A stretch of 64,000 nt of DNA from a virus: positions 16,525 to 80,524 of the IMG/VR virus record IMGVR_UViG_3300034418_008897; one strand, 5' to 3'. Below the pieces are notes generated by a model that was not told the DNA's origin, ran no database searches, and was given only the letters and a program-made list of their open reading frames with translations. The position numbers and the translations under genes were made by a program. How positions within the stretch are numbered: position 1 is the stretch's first letter; the number at the start of each line of letters is the position of its first letter. Of the stretch, positions 41,105 to 49,599 are shown piece by piece.

Positions 41105-43618
41105 TTAATTTTGTTTTTTATTCCAAGGGTTATAAAGTAAAGATCCTAAACCTATTGGAGCTAATGCCTTATATATATTAGGGTTAGTCATGTCAAACAT
41201 TCCATTATTACCTATTAAAGATTTAAGTCTATTGTTACCTTTAAAGAATATTACATCATCCCCTATATCTTCTCCTGGTTTTAACTTTAAAGAATTATCA
41301 TAATTATCTACAACATTTTTAGCTGTAAAAGAATCGAACCCTTGTTTTTTATATCTTTCTGCTAATTTATTAGTAGTAAGAGGCGAAGTTTCACGAGCAT
41401 TAGGATCTAAAAAATCATTTTTTTGGATTGTCATATCTTTTTTATAAGGGGCAGATTCAGGTAAAGATTTTAAATATTTTTCTGCTGCTTGTTTTGATCT
41501 AAATGTATTTCCTTCTGGAGACAGCATATTACCAAAAGCATCATATTGCATACCTTCTTTATTATTAGAACCTACGACATAACCACTTTTCTTACCTATC
41601 CAACTATTTCCTTTATAATCTACAGATTTATTTTTACCTAAATTTGCTCCTAATTCTAGCACCTTACCTTTATCCCCAGCATAAGTTTTAGCTATGTTTT
41701 TGTTAGTAGTCGTAAAAATTAGGTCAGGGTATAAATTTCCACTAGTTAATCTTTCTGCTTTACTTAAATCAAATTCTGTTAAATCTCTAGCTGGAGTTCC
41801 GTGGTATAGTACATTTTTATACATATTTTCAGCTTGTTTTTCCCCCCCTGCAAATCTTGTTAAATTTTTAGATTTCATTTGGACAAACTGTTCTGGACTA
41901 CCGTTGAATTTAGTACCGTCACTATATTTCATCCATGTTCCATCAGCTTTAGCTTGTTGCTCAATAGCATTATACTCTTGCATTAAAGCTTTATTTTCTG
42001 GTATTTCTTTATTCCATTTACCCCAATCTATTTCAGATTTAAAATCTTGAGTAGGTAATAAATCAGATAAGTATTTATTTGTATTGATTACTTTAGATTT
42101 ATCTGCTTTTGCTACTACTTCATCTATACTGTTTTTCCATTCTGTTATATCGTATTTAGCACCGCGTTTTTCTATTCTTTTTACAAACTCATCTTTTGGT
42201 ATATTTATAATTTTATCAAAAGAGTCTAAATTATTCCTTAATAAGTTTGTATTTGATGTAAACAATACTTGCCCTTTACTTTTAGCTTCTTTTTTAACTT
42301 CATCAAATAAAGACTGCATCATTTGATTATATTCTTTATTCCATACTTCATTACCTCCGTTCTTTACTTGATATGTAGAAATATTATACTTTTTTGCAAT
42401 ATCATTTACTGAATTATTTATAACATCTGCATAGTCATCATCTAAAGATAAAAACCTATTGTCACCGGCTTGCTTTAAATAACTTTTACCTATAGTTGGA
42501 TGACCAAATATAATTTCATCTGTGTTATTTATTACCGGTTCAAAAACACTTCCTGTAGCTTGCCCTACATCTTGAGCTTTTGCTCCTACAACTGCTTTAT
42601 TATAAGCTTTTCTAACAATTGGATTATATTTTGCACTAGCTGGGTTTAATTGAGGCACTAACACAGATCTGAAATCGTTAGCTACACTAGTTGGAGTGGA
42701 ACTAATCCTAGGAATTATTTTATTACCTATAATATTGTTTAATTTAGAAGAGTTGCTTAACCTCATAGTTTCCAAAGCAGCGCTTTCTCCCATGTTCATT
42801 AACCTACCAGAACGACCAATTAATTTAGTACCTGGTATAAGATCTAAAGCCGTAAATGCCGTTGAAGTTAAAGCATTTTGCCAATCCTCCATTTTACCGC
42901 TTTTTATTGCTTTTCTTATGTCCTCTTCAGTGTAAAGAGCATCATTACCAGCATTAATTAAAGCAGTAGTTGGGTGTAAATATGAAGCTGCGTTTAAACC
43001 TTTTAAAACAGTGTTATTATCAAAAACGGGATCTGAAAATCCAGGCGATCTTTCCATAGCACTATAATTCATAGGCATATTGAAAGGCCCAGGTTTTAAA
43101 AAATAAGCTGTTGCTACTAGAGGGTTTCTAATTATGTTTCCAGCTTTATCTGCCCAAGTATATTCAGGAGCCGATTGTATTGTCCCAGGATCTTTCGGAT
43201 ATACCATTGCTGGTATATAACTATCTATTTTGTTTGTATCTAATAGGATTTTAGCTTTATCTTCTTCAGACAACCAATTAGCATTTTTAATTTTATCTAC
43301 TACTATAGATCTTTCAGCAGCTCTTCTTTTTGAACCCTCTTCAACTATATTAGCAGCTGTATTAGCTATAAGTAAATTTTTTGGTTGAGTTGATTCAGCA
43401 ACTTCTACTCTAGGTAAAGAATTAAAATTAGCTGTATTAAAATTAGAATAAGGTATAGCGTTCTTATTTAATTCTGCTGTTCTTTGTTCTACATTTCCAG
43501 CAGTTAATGGTAAATATTTACCATTAATTTCTTTAAACCATTTATCTCCTTCTTTCTTATAATTGTGGTTATTATATCTATAATACCCGCCGTCTTGATA
43601 TTTTTTTAATAATGCCAT
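41105..43618 (-). CDS. Tagged polyvalent-like cargo protein: P-loop kinase-like domain plus ADP-ribosyltransferase-like domain
   Basis: MALLKKYQDGG; IIFGHPTIGKS; LYHGT...EFDLS...IFTT.NKNIAKTY; LKSLIGNNGMFD..NPNIY. Confidence 0.65.
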   Translation of the reverse strand: MALLKKYQDGGYYRYNNHNYKKEGDKWFKEINGKYLPLTAGNVEQRTAELNKNAIPYSNFNTANFNSLPRVEVAESTQPKNLLIANTAANIVEEGSKRRAAERSIVVDKIKNANWLSEEDKAKILLDTNKIDSYIPAMVYPKDPGTIQSAPEYTWADKAGNIIRNPLVATAYFLKPGPFNMPMNYSAMERSPGFSDPVFDNNTVLKGLNAASYLHPTTALINAGNDALYTEEDIRKAIKSGKMEDWQNALTSTAFTALDLIPGTKLIGRSGRLMNMGESAALETMRLSNSSKLNNIIGNKIIPRISSTPTSVANDFRSVLVPQLNPASAKYNPIVRKAYNKAVVGAKAQDVGQATGSVFEPVINNTDEIIFGHPTIGKSYLKQAGDNRFLSLDDDYADVINNSVNDIAKKYNISTYQVKNGGNEVWNKEYNQMMQSLFDEVKKEAKSKGQVLFTSNTNLLRNNLDSFDKIINIPKDEFVKRIEKRGAKYDITEWKNSIDEVVAKADKSKVINTNKYLSDLLPTQDFKSEIDWGKWNKEIPENKALMQEYNAIEQQAKADGTWMKYSDGTKFNGSPEQFVQMKSKNLTRFAGGEKQAENMYKNVLYHGTPARDLTEFDLSKAERLTSGNLYPDLIFTTTNKNIAKTYAGDKGKVLELGANLGKNKSVDYKGNSWIGKKSGYVVGSNNKEGMQYDAFGNMLSPEGNTFRSKQAAEKYLKSLPESAPYKKDMTIQKNDFLDPNARETSPLTTNKLAERYKKQGFDSFTAKNVVDNYDNSLKLKPGEDIGDDVIFFKGNNRLKSLIGNNGMFDMTNPNIYKALAPIGLGSLLYNPWNKKQN

Positions 43619-43623
43619 AATAC

Positions 43624-45429
43624 TTATTTTGCAAAGTTTTTAGCAAAATTAGCCTTCTTGACCATCTTACTACTATATTTATTCTTATTAGCTAAAATAT
43701 GGCTAGCTGCTTCTTGAACATCCATGCCCATTTTTGTAGCTTGCGCTTTAAATGTACCTTTCTTTTCAGGATCTATTTTTATAGTATTTCCTTTTTTATA
43801 TAAAAGACCACCTTTTTTAAAAATTGCAGTTTGAGGTATACTCTTACCTGCTGTTGATCTTATATAATTATCTAAATTATACATGGTTTTATTTACATAC
43901 TTATTTTTTGTGGCATCACCACGCAATAGTACACCTGGACTACGCCAAGCAGTTGCCCATCTTTCTTCAGGGCTTAATTCTACATTACCCTCTGCTTGCC
44001 TATAAACTTCACCGTTTTTTACACTGTATAAATTGCCTTGATTGGGGTAGTATTTTTCTACTTCTTTTCTTAATAAAGCAGTTTTATATTGATCATCAAC
44101 GTCATAATTTAAGAATACTCTTTTACCATTAGGTAGCATATAATAACCATCAAATGTTTCATCTGGTTTTTGAAATGAACTACCTCTTAAATCCCTGGAA
44201 AAGAATTGCTTAGGTGAAGACCACATACCAGGAGCTTCTTTACTTTTAATAACCCTAGGATTTTCATTACCCCTATTATATAAGCTCTTAGAAGATTTAT
44301 CCAATTGGCTCAAATATATCATAGAAGCTAAACCAGCTTTATAAGGATCTTTTAAATCAGATCTAGATCTAATACCATATTTATCCGCTATACTCGCTAA
44401 CCTAGGGTCGTTAAAAATATTATCTGGGTTTATTTGAGTCATACCTATACTACTACCTACTAATTCTGAAGCATACCCTTTGATTCCCTTCAAAGATTTA
44501 CCGCCTTTGGTTTCGGTCATAGCAGTTGCGGTTAAAAAGTTAACCATTTGTTTGTATTTATCTGGGTCTAAATTTAAATCTTTAGCTAAATTATTTGCGT
44601 GTTGAACTAAAGCTAAAGTAAAATTACCTAAATCATGAGTTAAATATTTTTCCCCCTCACTACTATTATTTACTGCTTTTTCAAAACCAACTGATTTTTT
44701 AATTTTATCATAAGGATTTTGCACTTCAAAATCGTAGGATTTATTTTGCTCATCAAAAAACTTTTGAAAAAATTCTCTATTTAAATTTAAATTTTCTTCT
44801 GGTGCTATAACTGTTTGCAAATTATATTTTTTCCACACTTCTCTAGCTTCTGATAAAGTATATAATTTTTTATCATAAGCATCCATTAATATAGATTCCC
44901 CAGTATCTTTATCCCATCCTACTTTGATCATAGTATGGTTAGAATTTTTATAGCCTTTGGCTTTAGAATAACCATATGGGTGCATATCTTGATCAGGTCC
45001 CCATAAATAAAAAGTACCTACAGGGGTATCTAAATCAAAATTTTCATTTCTATTTTCATCTAAAATATTGTAAAAAGTCTTACCACTATCTGCGTATACC
45101 CCTGCTAAATCCCAACTGTCTACAGATCCCTTGTAATCACCTTTTAAATAAGGGTATTTTTCTATTTGTTCTGGTGTTGGTTGAGTAGATGTTGTCAATA
45201 AACCTCTAGCGTTTTCTATATCACCTATAGTTTTTACTCCAGGAATATAACCTAAACCTTTAGTATATAACAAACAAGCGTCCCCTTTACAATTACCCAG
45301 AGTACCTTCTAACATATTATCTCTAAAAAAGTCAGAATTAGCTCTGTCTTCTGCAGTATAAATTACTTTATCTATGCGAGTATTAAATCCTTTACCTGGT
45401 TGAAATTTTTTTACTTTGTTATATAGCAT
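43624..45429 (-). CDS. Tagged cargo protein, putative bifunctional peptidoglycan hydrolase (Cys/His peptidase-like plus lysozyme-like)
   Basis: MLYNKVKKFQPG; GDACLLY..DSWD..NHTMI; TETKGG..SIGMTQI..DPYKAGLASMIYL; FKKGGLLYKK followed by a basic KKANFAKNF tail. Confidence 0.55.
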   Translation of the reverse strand: MLYNKVKKFQPGKGFNTRIDKVIYTAEDRANSDFFRDNMLEGTLGNCKGDACLLYTKGLGYIPGVKTIGDIENARGLLTTSTQPTPEQIEKYPYLKGDYKGSVDSWDLAGVYADSGKTFYNILDENRNENFDLDTPVGTFYLWGPDQDMHPYGYSKAKGYKNSNHTMIKVGWDKDTGESILMDAYDKKLYTLSEAREVWKKYNLQTVIAPEENLNLNREFFQKFFDEQNKSYDFEVQNPYDKIKKSVGFEKAVNNSSEGEKYLTHDLGNFTLALVQHANNLAKDLNLDPDKYKQMVNFLTATAMTETKGGKSLKGIKGYASELVGSSIGMTQINPDNIFNDPRLASIADKYGIRSRSDLKDPYKAGLASMIYLSQLDKSSKSLYNRGNENPRVIKSKEAPGMWSSPKQFFSRDLRGSSFQKPDETFDGYYMLPNGKRVFLNYDVDDQYKTALLRKEVEKYYPNQGNLYSVKNGEVYRQAEGNVELSPEERWATAWRSPGVLLRGDATKNKYVNKTMYNLDNYIRSTAGKSIPQTAIFKKGGLLYKKGNTIKIDPEKKGTFKAQATKMGMDVQEAASHILANKNKYSSKMVKKANFAKNFAK

Positions 45430-45444
45430 ATCTTTTTTTTTGTT

Positions 45445-46338
45445 TTATTTTTTATACAATAAACCGCCTTTTTTGAATTTGTAAGTTTTAACAGCTTTAG
45501 CATATTGTCTTTCAAACTCAGGGTTAGATTTATATAAAATTTTATTTACATAATCTCTAGTTTCTCTAGGTAGCTCGTTCATCCACTCTTTCCCTTTATA
45601 AATATCTACGCCTTTTTTCTTTTGTTCATTCAAATATTCTAAAAAATTACCTCTTCCATGGTTGTAAGCTGCTAAAGTTTTAGCTAACCTTATCTCATTA
45701 GATTGATTAGGTTTATTAATGAAAGATGCATTATACAAATCAGTCATGTACCATTTCTGAATCTTAGCACTAACTTCAGGATCATATAAACTATCTGTAG
45801 ATTTTATTATTCCTGCTTTTACAGCATCCCCCTTTACATCAGGCATTATTTGCGCTAAGCCAGCAGCACCAGCGGGAGATACTGATTTAGGGTTAAAGCT
45901 AGATTCTTTAAATTGTTGTCTTAATAAAAAATCATTAGTGAATATTTCAGAATTTACTTTAGGCTCTGCTTTAGGCTCAGGTTTAGCATCTGATACAAGT
46001 TTAGGCTCAGAAGAATCTTTAATATATCTTTCTGGTTTTTCTGGTTCACCAAAGAAAGACTTACCATAAGCAGGTACATCTGTTCTTAGTTGTGTAGATG
46101 GTAATCTAAGCTCATCATTTAACTTTGATTTGCGAGATCCATCGGGGTCTTTTATAGCTACATAGTAACCATTAGTACTTTCATTCTTTATAAACCAATC
46201 ATCAAAAGCATCTTTCATATAAGTAGATCCTGGTCTTTCAGGGTGTACATATATTTTTTTATCGAAAATATCTGCTTCATTTATAGTTCTACCTGGAGCT
46301 TTAGGTTTTGGTTTTTTATCGTTGTACAATAAAGACAT
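45445..46338 (-). CDS. Tagged lytic transglycosylase (SLT family); probable start MSLLY at 46338
   Basis: KESSFNP..VSPAGAAGLAQIMP, LAAYNHG and ETRDYV motifs; ends FKKGGLLYKK. Confidence 0.85.
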   Translation of the reverse strand: MSLLYNDKKPKPKAPGRTINEADIFDKKIYVHPERPGSTYMKDAFDDWFIKNESTNGYYVAIKDPDGSRKSKLNDELRLPSTQLRTDVPAYGKSFFGEPEKPERYIKDSSEPKLVSDAKPEPKAEPKVNSEIFTNDFLLRQQFKESSFNPKSVSPAGAAGLAQIMPDVKGDAVKAGIIKSTDSLYDPEVSAKIQKWYMTDLYNASFINKPNQSNEIRLAKTLAAYNHGRGNFLEYLNEQKKKGVDIYKGKEWMNELPRETRDYVNKILYKSNPEFERQYAKAVKTYKFKKGGLLYKK

Positions 46339-46346
46339 AATTAAAA

Positions 46347-46601
46347 TCAATTCATTAAACTAAATTTTTGTCTGTAAGCTAATTTCTTACTAACTACCTC
46401 ATTATCAGCAATTTCTCTTACAGAACAAAATATAATATTTTCTTCTCCATACTTATCATACATATTTTGTATAGCTTCTACAGGATGTTTTCCTTCTCTT
46501 AAAAGCTTAAGATGTACAGAAACACTAGCATTAAAATCTTGAGTAGTATTAATGTAGATGTACTCATCTTGTATACTAGTTATGTAGTAAAGAGTTGCCA
46601 T
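46347..46601 (-). CDS. Degenerate GIY-YIG-like domain protein
   Basis: TLYYI...YIYIN...H.KLLREGKH...IQNMYDKYGEENI.F resembles GIY-YIG but lacks the YIG glycine and catalytic Arg. Confidence 0.5.
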   Translation of the reverse strand: MATLYYITSIQDEYIYINTTQDFNASVSVHLKLLREGKHPVEAIQNMYDKYGEENIIFCSVREIADNEVVSKKLAYRQKFSLMN

Positions 46602-46625
46602 AGAAATTTATAGTAAATAAAAAAG

Positions 46626-46654
46626 AAAAAACCAGAATAAATTAATATCCTGGC
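46626..46654 (-). terminator. Possible intrinsic terminator after 46682..47428
   Basis: Minus strand CCAGGATA-TTAATT-TATTCTGG followed by a T run. Confidence 0.55.
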
Positions 46655-46681
46655 TGAAATTTTTATATGTAAAATAATAAA

Positions 46682-47428
46682 TTAAAATCTATATTTTAAA
46701 CCTGCTCTGATATTATAATTAGAGTCGTATTTACCTTTATCATATCTACCTTCTAAATTACCTGATAATTTAGGCGTGAAATATTTTTCGGCATTAATAT
46801 TAGCGCCTACTCTGTAGTTTTCATTCTTACCTAGACCTTTTTCAGCGGAAGCAGAAACCCCTAAATAACCATTCTTCAAAGGCACTCCTTTATTAACATT
46901 ATAGCCTAAAGAAAAGCTAGGGCGGCTTATACCTTTATATGTCACAAATTCAGGAAATCCGGGTGCACTAGGTATTTTATCCATAGCGTAGTTAGCCTCA
47001 GCCTTGACCCCTAGGGACCCTAAATTTTTAGGTAAGTCTTTGTATAAACTAGACTCGAACCTATTAAACTCTTCTATCTGCGGATATTGTTCTATTATTT
47101 TTTCACCATTTTTATCTACATCTTCATAAATTCTCATTCTCTTTGCCTTCTCAAGGCTAGCCATACCATCAACTCTAAAACCTTTAGGCAAAGCAGCACC
47201 AGCACCACCCATTTTCATATAGTCATTGGGAGCTTCTAATCTTTCTTCATGGCTCCACCCATAAGCAGTAGGATTCCATCTACCAACAGGAGCTGATAAA
47301 TTTATCCTAGGTTCTTCTTTTTCTACTAAAGGGCTGGTATTCATAAACTTATGTTTAAGGTCTAAATCCTTTATATAGGAATTTATAGTACCTTCTGTTT
47401 GATATTTTTTAGTATATAGTAAAGACAT
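46682..47428 (-). CDS. Tagged protein with outer-membrane beta-barrel-like C-terminal half
   Basis: MSLLYTKKYQTEG; alternating amphipathic strands; ends YNIRAGLKYRF. Confidence 0.55.
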   Translation of the reverse strand: MSLLYTKKYQTEGTINSYIKDLDLKHKFMNTSPLVEKEEPRINLSAPVGRWNPTAYGWSHEERLEAPNDYMKMGGAGAALPKGFRVDGMASLEKAKRMRIYEDVDKNGEKIIEQYPQIEEFNRFESSLYKDLPKNLGSLGVKAEANYAMDKIPSAPGFPEFVTYKGISRPSFSLGYNVNKGVPLKNGYLGVSASAEKGLGKNENYRVGANINAEKYFTPKLSGNLEGRYDKGKYDSNYNIRAGLKYRF

Positions 47429-47430
47429 AA

Positions 47431-48855
47431 TTATTTTTTATTATATAATATTCCTCCTTTGTTAAACTTATAACTACCGTAATAATTAGGTTTAGTACTC
47501 TCTTCTCCTGTTTCTGGGTTATAGTATAATATAGGTTCACTTACATCTTGCCAACCATCGCTATCTTTAAAAAAAGCATCTTTTTGAGTTCTAACTTCTT
47601 TTACTTGATGTCTGCCTGTTTTAGGGTTAAATACTAAAACTGTTTGCATTCTAGGGCTCGTCATAAGCGGAGTATAATAATCTTTAAGAGAGCCTGTTTT
47701 TTCTATAATAGGTCTAAAATCTGGTTTTTTAACCATAGGTCTCATTTCCATTTTATCTGGAATGATTGGTTTAGGCTTACTTATTAATCCAAGATTAAAT
47801 TTTATAGATTTTTTACCATTAGTAATTAAAGGATGATCATACCGACTAGTTGATGGTGGTAAAGTTCCAGTTAAATTCTTATAATCTTTAAACAAATCCT
47901 CCAATTTTTTCTCTTCTAATTTCCACTTAAGAGCCCCATTATAATCATCAGGCTTTATTTGTTTTAACTTTGCTAATCTTTCTTGTTGCATCTTATAGAT
48001 AGCCAATTCCAAATCGTATTTTTTCTTTTCATATTCAAAACTTGTCTTTTTAGGTGGCTCAATAGAAACAAGAGTCTTTTTTAACGAAACACCAGTATTG
48101 TTACTTTTTAAATCTACACTATCTATAGGTTTAGCATTTTTGTCCAAAAAAGCAGATCTTTTTGCTACGTCTGTTTTTAATTCTACAAACTTACCATTAA
48201 TTTCTTTTTGCCATTTACCATTTACTTTCCTATAAGTATTACCTCCATAAGTATAAGAACCTGCCCAATTTTTAGGATTAGAAGGTGGTAATATAGGTTG
48301 TATAGGGTTAGCAGGAATTTCGTCTTGCAAATAAAAATATTCTTTTTTTTGTTGATTATAAATTTTATCAGAAATTAACTCTCGTTCTTTGTCCGACGAT
48401 GCTTGCTCATAGTCCTCCCAAAGGCTACTAAAATAAGGAGAATGAATATGAGTACCTATAAGACGACCCCCGTGTAATTGATTTAACCTACTAGGAATTT
48501 TATTCCATAAATCATCACCTGACCCTATTAAAATTCCTTGTTCATCTTTAAGAATTATTTTATCACCTCTATTTTCAGGCTCATAACCGGCAGCAGCAAT
48601 TTGAGCAAAAATAGGACTTTTCCAACGATCATAATCCCATATACTATAATTATTTATATTATTTTGTATTTGATTTCGCGTAGTTTTAAAATCCTCCACT
48701 GCTTGTACATGCCTAGTATTACTATCGTTGTAAGCTTGCAATCTATTATTATATTCATCCCAAGTTTGAGCCTGGTAAGGATTAGTTTGAGGACGATAAT
48801 TTAAAGGATCTATCCTTCTACCTTTTTGAAATTTTTCTACATATAATAAACTCAT
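47431..48855 (-). CDS. Tagged cargo protein, unknown function
   Basis: MSLLYVEKFQKG; shared ~45-aa module; ends FNKGGILYNKK. Confidence 0.6.
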   Translation of the reverse strand: MSLLYVEKFQKGRRIDPLNYRPQTNPYQAQTWDEYNNRLQAYNDSNTRHVQAVEDFKTTRNQIQNNINNYSIWDYDRWKSPIFAQIAAAGYEPENRGDKIILKDEQGILIGSGDDLWNKIPSRLNQLHGGRLIGTHIHSPYFSSLWEDYEQASSDKERELISDKIYNQQKKEYFYLQDEIPANPIQPILPPSNPKNWAGSYTYGGNTYRKVNGKWQKEINGKFVELKTDVAKRSAFLDKNAKPIDSVDLKSNNTGVSLKKTLVSIEPPKKTSFEYEKKKYDLELAIYKMQQERLAKLKQIKPDDYNGALKWKLEEKKLEDLFKDYKNLTGTLPPSTSRYDHPLITNGKKSIKFNLGLISKPKPIIPDKMEMRPMVKKPDFRPIIEKTGSLKDYYTPLMTSPRMQTVLVFNPKTGRHQVKEVRTQKDAFFKDSDGWQDVSEPILYYNPETGEESTKPNYYGSYKFNKGGILYNKK

Positions 48856-48859
48856 ATTA

Positions 48860-49597
48860 TTAGGAATTATATCTTTGGTTAACCCAGTTCCCTCCTTGTG
48901 GTTGAGGCTTAACTTTATGTTGAGGCTTGACCTTCTTTCTTATAGCATTTAAATTAGCTGTTGCACTTAGCCCTGCGTTCCAAGTAAAATAAGGTTTGTC
49001 TTTATAACTTGAATTTGCTATACCTGCATTGCCGTATAAATTAAAAGAAAAAGGAGATTTTTTAGGTTGATAAGACAAACGCCCATAAGTACCCATAGTA
49101 GCTTCACCTTTTGCTTCTTGTTCTTTTTTAAGTAAACCTGCAAGGGATAAATAGTACCCATAAGTCCCTTTTAAATTAGAACCGTATTTACCTATATCGA
49201 ATTTAGAGCCTAGATGTCCTTGATGAGTTAATTTTAACCCATCATTATTAAATGAAGCTCCTATTCCTAACCCCATATCATATTTTTTACGAGGATTTTC
49301 TGTTACTTCTAAACCTAGCCTACCATATAATTTATTATTAGAATCTAAGGCTAAACCTACATCTCCATAAGTACGATTACCATCTAAACTAGTAACATTA
49401 GGATTTTTTATTCTATGTGTGTACATAAAATTAGTGTTGTAATTATTATCCCCTAGATTTGAATAATAATCGTTGCCGCCTTGTGTATATACAGCAAAAT
49501 TACTATTTAAAGGCATGCCGGTTTTTTTATTCCTCCCTTGTATATCATGCAGGCCAGTACCGCCTATTTGAAATTTTTGTACGTATAGTAAAGACAT
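48860..49597 (-). CDS. Tagged protein, beta-barrel-like
   Basis: MSLLYVQKFQIGG; Gly/aromatic alternating strands (YGDVGLAL, YGRLGLEV, FSFNLYGNAG, FTWNAGLSA). Confidence 0.5.
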   Translation of the reverse strand: MSLLYVQKFQIGGTGLHDIQGRNKKTGMPLNSNFAVYTQGGNDYYSNLGDNNYNTNFMYTHRIKNPNVTSLDGNRTYGDVGLALDSNNKLYGRLGLEVTENPRKKYDMGLGIGASFNNDGLKLTHQGHLGSKFDIGKYGSNLKGTYGYYLSLAGLLKKEQEAKGEATMGTYGRLSYQPKKSPFSFNLYGNAGIANSSYKDKPYFTWNAGLSATANLNAIRKKVKPQHKVKPQPQGGNWVNQRYNS

Positions 49598-49599
49598 AG

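Noticed and set aside
4536-48804. Plus-strand and nested alternative-frame ORFs within the late block (e.g. 27158..27682, 8308..8697, 41694..42050)
   Set aside because: Shadows of long, well-supported minus-strand genes
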